From sequence record MT446411.1: DNA of 64,000 nucleotides; one strand, 5' to 3'. This stretch comes from Escherichia virus TH40. The translations under genes and the position numbers were made by a program. This document shows positions 42,743 to 52,605 of this stretch, in pieces. Numbering within the stretch: the stretch's first letter is position 1; each line of letters begins with the position of its first letter. Under the pieces are notes generated by a model. It was not told the origin of the DNA. It ran no database searches and was given only the letters and a program-made list of their open reading frames with translations.

Positions 42743-42945
42743 TGCTTAGCTCCATTCCAAATTACATCAACAACAGACTTCAAACCATTATCCTGGATTT
42801 GTGTGAACACTTCAGCAGCAATCCAGAGCTGGAAACCAATCATTGCAATGGCACCAATGAAAATCAGGATAATCATCGCCACAATAAACTTGAACATAAA
42901 ATCAAAGCGACGATTGGATTTCTGAAATTGTGAATTGTAATTCAT
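42739..42945 (-). CDS. small membrane protein (68 aa from ATG 42943-42945)
   Basis: Hydrophobic core FIVAMIILIFIGAIAMIGF; GAGGATAATATT SD. Confidence 0.4.
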   Translation of the reverse strand: MNYNSQFQKSNRRFDFMFKFIVAMIILIFIGAIAMIGFQLWIAAEVFTQIQDNGLKSVVDVIWNGAKQ

Positions 42946-42955
42946 AATATTATCC

Positions 42956-43072
42956 TCAAAAGAAATAGTTAAAGTAAACGCGCACATGGTCAATCATAAA
43001 AACAATTGGGAAAATGCTCAGGACAACAAACAGTACAAACATGTTCCAAATGGCTTTAAGTAACTTTTTCAT
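42956..43072 (-). CDS. small membrane peptide (38 aa)
   Basis: Hand-translated MKKLLKAIWNMFVLFVVLSIFPIVFMIDHVRVYFNYFF; CTGGAG SD; promoter upstream. Confidence 0.35.
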   Translation of the reverse strand: MKKLLKAIWNMFVLFVVLSIFPIVFMIDHVRVYFNYFF

Positions 43073-43098
43073 AATCATCTCCAGTAGTTGATAGGTTC

Positions 43099-43126
43099 AT
43101 TATACTACAACCACTGGAGATGTACA
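43099..43126 (-). promoter_or_regulatory. sigma70-type early promoter
   Basis: Minus strand TGTACA, 16 bp, TATAAT. Confidence 0.45.
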
Positions 43127-43217
43127 CTCTTTTATGCAAGTTTCATTAATAATAAACTAAAACAAACGCAAATTACTGGGATACACAACATCCAGATAAG
43201 GCACCAGGTTTTGCTGC

Positions 43218-43484
43218 TCAAAATATCACCTCTTTGATTTCAATCAATCCTCTGTACAATGCGGTGCGAAGGTCATAAAGAATATCTATGCCATCAACAT
43301 TATCCAGCTTGCCATCAATAAGCTTTTTCAAATCTTCCTTTGACGCAACTAGTGGGCGAAGAAATTTACAATCAGAAAGAGACAATTCTGTGGTAACATC
43401 ATCACCATCACCTGACGCATCATACATAGCGGCAACAACCATACCTGTAACTTTGTGTTTGGCGTAGTATAATTTAATATCCAT
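43218..43484 (-). CDS. hypothetical protein (88 aa from ATG 43482-43484)
   Basis: CTGGAGAAACAA SD; the track N-terminal extension runs through the promoter. Confidence 0.4.
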   Translation of the reverse strand: MDIKLYYAKHKVTGMVVAAMYDASGDGDDVTTELSLSDCKFLRPLVASKEDLKKLIDGKLDNVDGIDILYDLRTALYRGLIEIKEVIF

Positions 43485-43517
43485 TTGTTTCTCCAGTTGG
43501 TAACTCAGTATGGAATC

Positions 43518-43546
43518 ATTATATATAGACTCCATACTGATGTACA
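43518..43546 (-). promoter_or_regulatory. sigma70-type early promoter (cassette subtype I)
   Basis: Minus strand TGTACA, 17 bp, TATAAT; subtype I leader. Confidence 0.5.
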
Positions 43547-43557
43547 CTACTTTTTGA

Positions 43558-43833
43558 TTAATTGTGCATTTGTTCTTTAACTTCTTTATATGCACCAACT
43601 GCATTCACGACCCCAGTGAAATCTGCTGTTCCGCGATATAGATAGAAAGCGATTTCAGTCAGGTGATAAACTTCAAATTCTGAAAGATAAATGATAACGT
43701 CATAATAGGCAACTTGCCCCTGGACTTCGTTGAATACCACATCAAAAATTTCATGGGTTGGAAAATTGATGTTGTTGTTTTTGAGTGCTTGAATAAGAAT
43801 TTGTTTGATGTGATGAGTAGTAACGTGTTCCAT
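43558..43833 (-). CDS. hypothetical protein (91 aa from ATG 43831-43833)
   Basis: AATGAGGACATTATC SD. Confidence 0.4.
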   Translation of the reverse strand: MEHVTTHHIKQILIQALKNNNINFPTHEIFDVVFNEVQGQVAYYDVIIYLSEFEVYHLTEIAFYLYRGTADFTGVVNAVGAYKEVKEQMHN

Positions 43834-43880
43834 GATAATGTCCTCATTTGTTGGTGTGAGGACATTATTACATGGTTGGT

Positions 43881-44474
43881 TCAGCTTGTAAACCGGTGAT
43901 AGGGAAATTTTTCTTCTGAACAAGAACGGAGGTACCAGCCATCCCCTTGTGACTTCTGCACAAGACCAGACTCAGGGACGAAAGCACCAGGTCCAGCAAG
44001 GAATTTTGGTTTAAATCTATAACCTTTGATAGTCTCTTTAACATTAAACATAATCATAAGGTCAGCAAGCTTGTACTGCATAAAGGGTCCAAGATTAACT
44101 CCGTAACCACGTGGATAATCGCCCTGGTGACCAGTATGCACGGATATCCATTTGGAGCCAGATTGGTGAGTCTTAACTTCGATTCTTACCCCTTCCTGGG
44201 AGACTACATCGAATGCAAAAGAGAACGGGTTATTGTAATCTTCATCGCCGCCACATAAGAAACCGGAGGTCCATTTGGCAATAGCTTGTTCAGCCATTGT
44301 AGCCACCATACATCTTTGCATGACTTGCTCACGGTCCTGGGCTGGGTCTTTACGCAATGAATACCTGGCAGTGCCTACAATCTTTTGCATGGATTCGGGT
44401 GTTAAGTCTTCCTTTGTATAAAGAAAGGAGGGCATCTTTTTCAGATGCTCCCATGTTTTACTCTTCTGAATCAT
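43881..44474 (-). CDS. hypothetical protein at the denB position (197 aa)
   Basis: ATG 44472-44474 with AAGGA SD; occupies the slot between ndd and rIIB where T4 has denB; product not recognisable from sequence. Confidence 0.4.
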   Translation of the reverse strand: MIQKSKTWEHLKKMPSFLYTKEDLTPESMQKIVGTARYSLRKDPAQDREQVMQRCMVATMAEQAIAKWTSGFLCGGDEDYNNPFSFAFDVVSQEGVRIEVKTHQSGSKWISVHTGHQGDYPRGYGVNLGPFMQYKLADLMIMFNVKETIKGYRFKPKFLAGPGAFVPESGLVQKSQGDGWYLRSCSEEKFPYHRFTS

Positions 44475-44478
44475 AATG

Positions 44479-44799
44479 TCATCCTTTAAAATACATATCG
44501 GATTTTTCGACAATATCTAAAGAATTTTGCTCAGCTTGCTCTTGATAATCGCTGCCAATATAAACTTTGTCCACATGAACGACGCCATAATAAATTCTGG
44601 CACTTTCGGCTAGTGTAGAATGGTCCAGACTACGAAGTTCTTCTTTCGTTGCAAGAATGATGTCCCTCGCATATAACCGCCCAGTTGACTTTGTAGAAGC
44701 ATAATGACAATCCACACAATAAACAATATCCGCAACATGATTACCATGCAACCGGATTTCGTTAATAGATTCATCGCCAACGTTCATATAGTTAATCAT
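44479..44799 (-). CDS. hypothetical protein
   Basis: 106-aa ORF in array. Confidence 0.4.
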   Translation of the reverse strand: MINYMNVGDESINEIRLHGNHVADIVYCVDCHYASTKSTGRLYARDIILATKEELRSLDHSTLAESARIYYGVVHVDKVYIGSDYQEQAEQNSLDIVEKSDMYFKG

Positions 44800-44802
44800 A
44801 AT

Positions 44803-45000
44803 TTATTCACCAAAATAAGAGATACGGATTGCCAGTACATGAGCATATGCGCCCATCGCATCCAGTTGGGCAATCAAAAGACCTTGTTGACGGATATCAA
44901 GAGTTTCAAAAACACCACCTTTAATAAACTCTTCAAGAGCATTGATTTTCAGGACCAGTTGGTCATATTCTTCAAATACACGTGCTTGGAAACCTAACAT
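44803..45000 (-). CDS. hypothetical protein
   Basis: 65-aa ORF directly downstream of rIIB. Confidence 0.4.
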   Translation of the reverse strand: MLGFQARVFEEYDQLVLKINALEEFIKGGVFETLDIRQQGLLIAQLDAMGAYAHVLAIRISYFGE

Positions 45001-45033
45001 AAAGCCTCATTAGGGGCCGAAGCCCCGATTAAT

Positions 45034-46008
45034 TTAGAATTGTTCAGTTACATCATCAAGGACCAGGTAACCACAAACCCTCATCTTACTATCCCCATAA
45101 TCCACCGGGATGCTTACAACATCACGCGGGTGAACTTTACAGGATACGATGCGCCCATCACCATGACCAAAACCACTTCCGATATAACCTTTAGAACAAA
45201 CGTGCAGCCCGGTTGAACAGGTCTGTTCGTCATTGTCATTCACACGAGAGCGTGGCATTTTAACATATTGTCCAGGACTGTTGTCGAATGTGTTTGAGTG
45301 ACAATCTTTGTAGGTTGAACGAACCATTTTCCAGGCGATGAAATGACCGTCTTCGGTGATTTCGATATCATTCGCAACCAGGAAGTCAAACAAACGCTGT
45401 ACGGCTTTCTCGCTCGGGTTCTCAAGGAGATTCTCAAGGAATGGCAGATAGAATTCAAAGTCTTCGCCATTTTGCATTGAATCGATGATACGAGTAACCA
45501 GACCAGAGCGCAGTTCAATTCCCTGATAGAACAGACTACCACCTTCGATACGCACATCGCCTTTCACATATTTTTGTACTGCAGCTTTGATTGAGATAAA
45601 CTCGATAGCATCATCAAAACGAGATTCAATCAATGCCTGAATAATATCATTAAAGTGTTTATGGTCTTTTGTTGCGTTCCAGACCGTACGACCTTCAGTG
45701 ATGGAAACGAATTTGCTTGATGCATTCCATACGATTTCTGGACGGCTACCGCCGATTGTATCTTCAACAACCGGGACTTCAACCGTTACTGTCACCGGAG
45801 CATTAATCGCCACACCAACAGCTGCTTTCAGTGATGCAGAAATGGTTTTAGATAATTTTGATTCTTTATCATTTTTCAAAACGCGGCGAATGGTGTCAAC
45901 CGATACACCGAAATTATCTGCTAATTCCTGTTGGGTATAATTACCAGTTTTATAAAGAGAAACTACCTGGTTTTGGTCAAATTTGGATAAAGCTTTAATA
46001 TTAAACAT
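45034..46008 (-). CDS. rIIB: rIIB protein
   Basis: 324 aa; YTQQELADNFGVSVDTIRRVLKN and DVRIEGGSLFYQGIELRSGLV...FLVANDIEITEDG match T4 rIIB as recalled. Confidence 0.95.
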   Translation of the reverse strand: MFNIKALSKFDQNQVVSLYKTGNYTQQELADNFGVSVDTIRRVLKNDKESKLSKTISASLKAAVGVAINAPVTVTVEVPVVEDTIGGSRPEIVWNASSKFVSITEGRTVWNATKDHKHFNDIIQALIESRFDDAIEFISIKAAVQKYVKGDVRIEGGSLFYQGIELRSGLVTRIIDSMQNGEDFEFYLPFLENLLENPSEKAVQRLFDFLVANDIEITEDGHFIAWKMVRSTYKDCHSNTFDNSPGQYVKMPRSRVNDNDEQTCSTGLHVCSKGYIGSGFGHGDGRIVSCKVHPRDVVSIPVDYGDSKMRVCGYLVLDDVTEQF

Positions 46009-46009
46009 A

Positions 46010-48244
46010 TTATTCCTTATTGGCCGCTTCCACGGCCTTCATGATTTGAGCAACGTTCTGTACTTGTTCAGTTGACATGGCGTTACGGTTATATAAAAAG
46101 TGTGAAACAATCGGGTGATTCTTTTCAAATTCAAAAACCATTTTATCGCTTGTTACCGAAGCGTTTTTGGTCAGGTCGTCATAAATCTTATTACAAAGGA
46201 CCAGAGTTTCCTGCATGGTCTTATCAACTGTCCCACTGTTATATGCGTTATAAGCAAAGAACTTATTGAACTGCATTAGTTCGGCATAGTCAGTGTTAAC
46301 ATCTTTCTGAACATCTTTTGCATAAAAATACTTGAACATAAAATTCAATTCTGCATATTCAGACAGGATAGGAATATAATAACGCGAACGGCTTGAAGCG
46401 GCAATGTACTGGTCCGCATCAACCGCATCAATCAATTCCACATAACGATTGACTGCAGCTTCAATCAGACAATCACACTGTGCCAGCTTGGTAACCTTTT
46501 TCTGAAGCTGTGGACGAATAACACAGAATTCATTGATTTCCAGTAGATTCGCCAGTTTGCACAATGTCTGGGTCCCGAAGGTCGTGGTGCCATATTCTTG
46601 ATTCAACGGGGAAATGCTACTGCGGTTAATGAATACAGCATAACCATCGATTTCCTCTGCATCAGCTGCACATGTAAATTCTTCAACAGCCTGCCAGCGA
46701 CCATTGGTTTTGGTCCAACGAATCACCGATGGAGTCTTTGACTTAACACGCTCTTTCGGGTCCGCAACCGGAATCCAGTCTTTTACAAGGGCGGTCAGTT
46801 CAGACGTACGATAGATATTAACTGTATCGCCTTTAAATCGTTCCTGAAGTTGAACCATCAACCGTGTTTGAATTTCGCTGGTTGGGTCAACGAACAATAG
46901 ACTACTACCTTGTACAGTCGGGACTTTACCAGATGCTTTGAGCTTTTTGGCTTTCGCGCTGGTGTCATACAGCATTGAACTGATACCACGAATCATCGCA
47001 ATTCGCCCTTTAGCATCGTCAATAACAATATTCAAGGTATCATTATGAATACCAAACATGCTTGTCAGGCTTGCAGTATTCGTGTTCGAGCTTGAGTTAC
47101 GCAGACGTTTCAGACGGGTAGTGCTATAGATATCATAGACAACCCCTGCATTAATAAGGTCTTTGTCCAGCTCGAACATTTCGTACATCTGGTTAAAAGT
47201 TAATTGCGATTTTGTAAATTTTGTATCAGCATTACGAGCTTTCAAAAAATTACGAGCTTCATAACTCAGACTCTGTAATTCGCGATACGTATGACGAATA
47301 CATTCTGATTCCTGCCATTTCTTACAATCATCTTCCATGACTTTCTTATCAAGGGTTTCAATACGCTCAACGATATTTGCGACCGTACGTTTGTCCAGTG
47401 ATAATGCTTCGCGAGAAGGTGCGATATCCAGCGAACCCATCGGGAACTTAATAAAGACGACATCATTTTTGGCAGTCATCCAGGTTTTCTTTGTATAACC
47501 ATCGGCAATCGGATAAACAATGCCACCGTAAATTGCGTAAAGACCATAACGCTCTGGGCTGCTATAATCAATACGCTTTGGAGCATAATAATCATCGAAT
47601 TCCGGGAAGTAATTAATTTCGTTCGCGCCTTGCACATCAGCCAGCCCAGCAAACGGACGCATGATATATGCAATCTCATGACGGAACTTGCCGAAATCAT
47701 TACTATCGACCGGGACAACAACTTCAATCCCTGTACGGTCACCAGGTTTCATTGGTTCGCTAAAGGTTGGCTTAATCTGTGGACCATCACCATCCATATA
47801 AGCGACATAACCATTAACTTGACCATCATGATATGAAATCAGGCTAAACGTCTCTGTATAACTAAACGGAGATTTAGAGCCCAGACCAAAGCCACCAATA
47901 AAATCGTTGGATTCAGCCTTGGATGATGCAAAGAAACTGTTATACAGACCTGGAGTATTTTCATCACCACGAATCTGGAAATCGCTCATACCTGGACCAA
48001 AATCACGACATACAAAACGTGGGTCCAGTTCGCCAGGAGCTTGAACAATGAATTTATCCTGACAACCATTGAGCATATGAGCATCAATCATATTGGTAAT
48101 CAGCTCACGAACAACCGCGCGCACTTTGTTTGTGTAAAGGTCGCTGGTCAGAATCTTAAACACCTTTGGAGATGCTTGGATTGTAAATGCAGATGCCTTT
48201 GCACCATTACCAAGGATTGTTTCTTTTTCAGTTTCTAAAATCAT
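46010..48244 (-). CDS. rIIA: rIIA protein
   Basis: 744 aa; N-terminal ATPase-like region; TAATATG junction with rIIB. Confidence 0.95.
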   Translation of the reverse strand: MILETEKETILGNGAKASAFTIQASPKVFKILTSDLYTNKVRAVVRELITNMIDAHMLNGCQDKFIVQAPGELDPRFVCRDFGPGMSDFQIRGDENTPGLYNSFFASSKAESNDFIGGFGLGSKSPFSYTETFSLISYHDGQVNGYVAYMDGDGPQIKPTFSEPMKPGDRTGIEVVVPVDSNDFGKFRHEIAYIMRPFAGLADVQGANEINYFPEFDDYYAPKRIDYSSPERYGLYAIYGGIVYPIADGYTKKTWMTAKNDVVFIKFPMGSLDIAPSREALSLDKRTVANIVERIETLDKKVMEDDCKKWQESECIRHTYRELQSLSYEARNFLKARNADTKFTKSQLTFNQMYEMFELDKDLINAGVVYDIYSTTRLKRLRNSSSNTNTASLTSMFGIHNDTLNIVIDDAKGRIAMIRGISSMLYDTSAKAKKLKASGKVPTVQGSSLLFVDPTSEIQTRLMVQLQERFKGDTVNIYRTSELTALVKDWIPVADPKERVKSKTPSVIRWTKTNGRWQAVEEFTCAADAEEIDGYAVFINRSSISPLNQEYGTTTFGTQTLCKLANLLEINEFCVIRPQLQKKVTKLAQCDCLIEAAVNRYVELIDAVDADQYIAASSRSRYYIPILSEYAELNFMFKYFYAKDVQKDVNTDYAELMQFNKFFAYNAYNSGTVDKTMQETLVLCNKIYDDLTKNASVTSDKMVFEFEKNHPIVSHFLYNRNAMSTEQVQNVAQIMKAVEAANKE

Positions 48245-48251
48245 GTTTTTC

Positions 48252-48461
48252 TCACTTTATATTACGTTTGAATAAGTCTGCAACTTCAAGAAGTTCATCC
48301 TTTGTTGCGGTGTCTGAAGCTATTTTAATACGGATTTCTTTGAAGCGTTCTTTAAACTCTTCCGCTTCTCTTATATCAAAAAACCGTTGGATAACACGGT
48401 ATTCTTTATGAACGGCCTTGTCAAACAGTTCCAGATTCACTTTGAAGTTTGTCATTTCCAA
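48252..48461 (-). CDS. hypothetical protein
   Basis: 69-aa ORF upstream of rIIA. Confidence 0.4.
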   Translation of the reverse strand: MEMTNFKVNLELFDKAVHKEYRVIQRFFDIREAEEFKERFKEIRIKIASDTATKDELLEVADLFKRNIK

Positions 48462-48720
48462 TCTCCTGCAATATTTTTCTCATACTACGCATGGTAGCTT
48501 TATGTTCTTGGTCATGGTATATCAATGCAAGGAGTGCTTCAATTCGCTCCTCTGGGACCTTCTGACCATCCTTTATGCTCATGGCTGATGTTCTTACAGC
48601 CAACAAGTAACTTCGCTTCCTGTCGCTATCTGGGAGCTCCTGTACCTTCCTCAAGCCTGCTTCCATAATACAACGAGCAACATTCTGCAGATTAACTAAA
48701 CTTCCGTCAGACATAATCAT
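48421..48720 (-). CDS. hypothetical protein
   Basis: 99-aa ORF; GAGGTGAAAAT SD; promoter upstream. Confidence 0.45.
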   Translation of the reverse strand: MIMSDGSLVNLQNVARCIMEAGLRKVQELPDSDRKRSYLLAVRTSAMSIKDGQKVPEERIEALLALIYHDQEHKATMRSMRKILQEIGNDKLQSESGTV

Positions 48721-48737
48721 ATTTTCACCTCAAGGAC

Positions 48738-48766
48738 ATCTTAACACAATTTTTGTGGTCTGTACA
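48738..48766 (-). promoter_or_regulatory. sigma70-type early promoter
   Basis: Minus strand TGTACA, 17 bp, TAAGAT; immediately after the terminator. Confidence 0.45.
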
Positions 48767-48790
48767 TAATAAAAAAGGACCCGAAGGTCC
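48767..48790 (-). terminator. rho-independent terminator
   Basis: Minus strand GGACCTTCGGGTCC followed by TTTTTTATTAT. Confidence 0.6.
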
Positions 48791-48795
48791 TTTGA

Positions 48796-48948
48796 CTACT
48801 CAACTTTATAGACTTGCCCATACGCGGTATAGTATTCACCATCCCAGGTCTCACACATAATGGTGACAAAGGATGCAAACAAGGGTTTAGTATCGGCCCA
48901 CAGATAACCGTATTCGCCATTTGACAACGTAACCCACCACTTTTTCAT
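48796..48948 (-). CDS. small protein (50 aa)
   Basis: Hand-translated MKKWWVTLSNGEYGYLWADTKPLFASFVTIMCETWDGEYYTAYGQVYKVE; AGGAGAAG SD; between gene 39 and terminator. Confidence 0.4.
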   Translation of the reverse strand: MKKWWVTLSNGEYGYLWADTKPLFASFVTIMCETWDGEYYTAYGQVYKVE

Positions 48949-48990
48949 GGACTTCTCCTATAAGACGGGAGAATATTCTCCCACATCTAT

Positions 48991-50823
48991 TTATAGCGTC
49001 GCATTCATCCAATCTTTGCGCAGCTTCGGTTCTTTACCGAAAAGCATTTCGAACAGTTCTTTCCAGTTGTCAGGTAATTGAACAACTTCGAATACCGGTT
49101 CGAGCAATACTCGCTTGTACTCGGAATCTTCCAGCGAACCCAGTCCCTTGATATATCTGATGGTATGCTTTGGAAGTTTATCCTTAGCTTCTTCATAATC
49201 AGGGAGAGAATAGAACCATTCTTGTTTATCTTTGAGTTGTGCAATAATAACAGGAGTTTTCACAAAGCGAATACGTCCTTCATGGAACAGCTCCGGCCAG
49301 TTACTGAAAAATGCCAATAACGATGGATAGATACTACCGACACCATCCACATCCGCATCTGTCATGATAGCGATATTTCGGTAATTCATATTCTCGGCTG
49401 GTTGTCCAATCGTTAATCCAGTAATCGCACACACATCAAAGGCTTCTGCGTTTTTCATAACTTCAACAGCTTTCAGACCCCATGTGTTTTTGAACTTACC
49501 GCGCAACGGATAAGCGCCTTGCAATTCACGGTCACGAACCTTGATAAACGGACCCGTTGCAGAATCCCCTTCGGTCAGGAACAAAGTCGTTTCCAGCTTG
49601 TCATTGCCCCATTCGTTGGCCTTGATATGTTTCTGTACCTTGGCCTTTGAAGCTTTCTTATTCGCCTTAGTCTCTGCTGCTTTCTCTGCAGCCAATTTAC
49701 GAGCCAATGCAGCTTCCACAATCGGCATAATCAGCGATTCATTTTTCAGAATAGCTTGAGCAATCTTCTTGGCATCGATTTGGATATGGTTTCGAATTTC
49801 ACCAGCCGGAGAAGTCAATCGCTCTTTAGTCTGGGAATCAAATCGCATGTTGCTCATATCGCGGATGAACATAAGCATGGTGAGGCATTCTTTAACTCGT
49901 GCCTTGGTTACTTCGATGCCTTTATATTTGCGCTTAATGGCTGGTTGGAGGTGTTCACAGATATCATCCATAACACATTCAACGTGGTGCCCGCCATTCT
50001 TTGTATGAATGTTGTTGACATAAGTCAGCTGACGGAAGCCGTCTGGACTGGTCGTGAAAGCCATTGATACTGTATCAGTTTCCTGAATAACAACTTCGGT
50101 ACCGAATTGCTTGGAGAACTTCTTGAAGTTGCCATCAACCTTTTTACCATTAAAGGTGAACTGAATATCCGGGTAAACAACCGCAAGAGTCTGCAGACGG
50201 TCCAATGTAATATCCAGATAAATCTGGGACAAACTATTTTCTTCGAAGTGACTAAAGTCCGGAACAAAGATAACAGTTGTGCCTTTACCCTTAGATTTCT
50301 TGGTAGACCAACCTTTGTTTTCCATACCGTTGGAGCAGTTAACAGTAATTTCATTTGCACCATCAGCGGTAATCCCTGTAAACAATACAGAGAAAATATT
50401 GGTCAGAGAAGACCCGACGCCATTCATCCCACCGGTTTTACGTTCAGCATCATCACCGAAGTTGCCCCCGGCTTTTGGAATAGTCCACGCTGCAACGGGC
50501 CCAGGGATTTGTTCACCGCTTTGGTCGACAACCATTGCTTGTGGAATACCACGACCATTATCAGAAACTGAAATCTGGTTATCTTTAATTTGAACATCAA
50601 TTTTATTGGCAAATTTAAAACTGGTGCGAATTGCTTCATCAACAGAGTTATCGATAATTTCATCAATCAGTTTTACAATACCAGGAACATAGCTTACGGA
50701 CTTATATTCACCAAACAAGAATCGCTCATGCGCTTCATTTGAACTGGAACCAATATACATCCCGGAACGTTTTTTGATATGCTCGACGTCCGAGAGTACT
50801 TTAATTTCATTATTAATCATCAT
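48991..50823 (-). CDS. 39: DNA topoisomerase II large subunit (ATPase plus Toprim in one uninterrupted ORF)
   Basis: 610 aa; GHKL ATPase motifs and Toprim region LTEGDSA; no split into 39 and 60. Confidence 0.95.
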   Translation of the reverse strand: MMINNEIKVLSDVEHIKKRSGMYIGSSSNEAHERFLFGEYKSVSYVPGIVKLIDEIIDNSVDEAIRTSFKFANKIDVQIKDNQISVSDNGRGIPQAMVVDQSGEQIPGPVAAWTIPKAGGNFGDDAERKTGGMNGVGSSLTNIFSVLFTGITADGANEITVNCSNGMENKGWSTKKSKGKGTTVIFVPDFSHFEENSLSQIYLDITLDRLQTLAVVYPDIQFTFNGKKVDGNFKKFSKQFGTEVVIQETDTVSMAFTTSPDGFRQLTYVNNIHTKNGGHHVECVMDDICEHLQPAIKRKYKGIEVTKARVKECLTMLMFIRDMSNMRFDSQTKERLTSPAGEIRNHIQIDAKKIAQAILKNESLIMPIVEAALARKLAAEKAAETKANKKASKAKVQKHIKANEWGNDKLETTLFLTEGDSATGPFIKVRDRELQGAYPLRGKFKNTWGLKAVEVMKNAEAFDVCAITGLTIGQPAENMNYRNIAIMTDADVDGVGSIYPSLLAFFSNWPELFHEGRIRFVKTPVIIAQLKDKQEWFYSLPDYEEAKDKLPKHTIRYIKGLGSLEDSEYKRVLLEPVFEVVQLPDNWKELFEMLFGKEPKLRKDWMNATL

Positions 50824-50886
50824 CTTTCCTCTTGTGTATGGAGGTATTATAAGTCACATATTTTAAAGCAAAAAGGCCCGAAGGCC

Positions 50887-51147
50887 TTATTCAAATCGGA
50901 TGGTACTGTTCTTGAACAACAAACCAGAACAAACAGTTCCTTCAACTTTCTTACCAGTTGGACCCACGGCCGTAAAGCCTGTATGTTGGAAATCATCTTT
51001 ACCGCAAGAGAACCAGTTATATCCAGTGATTTGGATTTGTTCATAGCCGTTTGCATCTAATACACGAATAGCATTATCTGCATCAGTACAGCCAGCCAAT
51101 GAAACTGCCAGAACCAGCGCTGCAATAGAACGATTAATGTATTTCAT
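50887..51147 (-). CDS. predicted lipoprotein
   Basis: 86 aa; signal peptide with lipobox LAGC. Confidence 0.6.
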   Translation of the reverse strand: MKYINRSIAALVLAVSLAGCTDADNAIRVLDANGYEQIQITGYNWFSCGKDDFQHTGFTAVGPTGKKVEGTVCSGLLFKNSTIRFE

Positions 51148-51153
51148 AATTTC

Positions 51154-51330
51154 TCACTTAGTTAGCAGGTCGTAAAAACCGCCATTAACATGTTTAGGGG
51201 CTGAAACTAACCGAACAGCCAGCCGATGGCAATCAGGACAAACATCATTATCTCTTTCAGAGATTTTCTTGATTTTTTCGTATTCTTTTGCGCAGTCATT
51301 GGATTGACATTTGTAATCATAAAGTGGCAT
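51154..51330 (-). CDS. FmdB-type zinc-ribbon protein (58 aa)
   Basis: Hand-translated MPLYDYKCQSNDCAKEYEKIKKISERDNDVCPDCHRLAVRLVSAPKHVNGGFYDLLTK; two CxxC pairs. Confidence 0.55.
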   Translation of the reverse strand: MPLYDYKCQSNDCAKEYEKIKKISERDNDVCPDCHRLAVRLVSAPKHVNGGFYDLLTK

Positions 51331-51331
51331 G

Positions 51332-51703
51332 TTATTCCTTAAAGTGTGCTTTCAACATCTGGTAAACGGTCCAGGCTTCAGAATTATTAGAGATGGTGAT
51401 TTTAGTCAAAGGGAATTCGCTTGGCTCAGATGGAGCTGCGTCTTCGCATTCATCTTCAGTATCGTCATCTTTGTCTTCTTCAAAGAAACGGAATTCATCT
51501 TCCTTTATGAATAAGCTCACAAATTCACCAGTTGATAATTCCATTTTATACACATCACCATCTTCAATTCTGACCGGTCTAAATCCCTCGCCATTGATTA
51601 TAGTATCGGCTATATTATCATTATCTGTGCATAACAAACGGAATCTGCTTTCAGCAACATTATCTTTAAAATAATACCACTTATCAGTTTCAAATTTAGA
51701 CAT
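51332..51703 (-). CDS. acidic hypothetical protein (123 aa from ATG 51701-51703)
   Basis: TTGGAAGGAGATTTATA SD; acidic tract EEDKDDDTEDECED. Confidence 0.45.
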   Translation of the reverse strand: MSKFETDKWYYFKDNVAESRFRLLCTDNDNIADTIINGEGFRPVRIEDGDVYKMELSTGEFVSLFIKEDEFRFFEEDKDDDTEDECEDAAPSEPSEFPLTKITISNNSEAWTVYQMLKAHFKE

Positions 51704-51920
51704 TATAAATCTCCTTCCAAAAATCTGTACCATCTTCTGATTCTTCGCGGAACAGCGCATAGCTAGGTAATTCTGCGTCTTTGTCTGCATACACATAAAT
51801 GATATCAGTGGTGCAAAGAAATTCATTGATGTTTTTCTTCACAATCACTTTATCACTTTCGGCAGTGTCCCAAAACTCTTCAGCGGTCAGGGAAGTGGTT
51901 ACACAATCTTCATTAAACAT
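51696..51920 (-). CDS. hypothetical protein (74 aa from ATG 51918-51920)
   Basis: AATGAGGAGAATATT SD; hairpin GATAGGGTTTTGCCCTATC just upstream. Confidence 0.4.
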   Translation of the reverse strand: MFNEDCVTTSLTAEEFWDTAESDKVIVKKNINEFLCTTDIIYVYADKDAELPSYALFREESEDGTDFWKEIYNV

Positions 51921-51965
51921 AATATTCTCCTCATTGATAGGGCAAAACCCTATCATTTTTATAAT

Positions 51966-52526
51966 TTAGGCAAAATGAATATCAGCATACTCAACGATAA
52001 AGCTCTCAGGAACAACCTTAAAGGTTCCAAGGAACACGATATTATACAGTTTGACCCCTTCTTCAACCCACTGGTCTGTGATGTAACCAGACATGCTAGT
52101 GGTTTCATAAGTCGGACCATACATGCAATTGTATTCAAACGGTTTAGGTGAAACAAAAAAGACACCTTTGCCCAATTTCCATTTAAAATCAACCCCAACA
52201 TGAGACTGGTCAATGATTTCAACGTCTTGAGCAATTACGCCACGAATATCATTGCTTTCGCACACATATCCATCATGGGATTCAACTTCTTCAACCACAG
52301 GGAGGTTGGCGGCAGTAATAGCAGTTGATTCCAGGAATTTAGCACGCACATAAGCGAATTGAGTTTCAGTCTGACCATTTTTGGGAATGATACGCACCTT
52401 TACTTCATTATCAGGATGGTCAACAAAAATATCAGCACGAATACTGACAACCTCAACAAAACGTCCAGCGGCTCTTGAACGAGATTTTTTGGATACGCGA
52501 ACGATTTCGCCAGCTTCAACTTTCAT
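51966..52526 (-). CDS. hypothetical protein, paralogue of 52606..53358
   Basis: 186 aa; shared C-terminal block TDQW(V/I)E..V.L.N.V....F.VVP.S. Confidence 0.5.
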   Translation of the reverse strand: MKVEAGEIVRVSKKSRSRAAGRFVEVVSIRADIFVDHPDNEVKVRIIPKNGQTETQFAYVRAKFLESTAITAANLPVVEEVESHDGYVCESNDIRGVIAQDVEIIDQSHVGVDFKWKLGKGVFFVSPKPFEYNCMYGPTYETTSMSGYITDQWVEEGVKLYNIVFLGTFKVVPESFIVEYADIHFA

Positions 52527-52568
52527 AATTTTCTCTCTTGGTTAATAAGTTTATTCTCCAGTGGGGTC

Positions 52569-52597
52569 ATTATACTCTGACCCCAAGAGTTTGTACA
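52569..52597 (-). promoter_or_regulatory. sigma70-type early promoter (cassette subtype III)
   Basis: Near-identical to the ndd promoter cassette, including the GGGGTCA/TGACCCC inverted repeat. Confidence 0.5.
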
Positions 52598-52605
52598 CTT
52601 TAAAT

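Noticed and set aside
48991-50823. Gene 60 with a translational bypass element
   Set aside because: ATPase and Toprim regions are in one continuous 610-codon frame; no separate gene 60 and no 50-nt untranslated gap.
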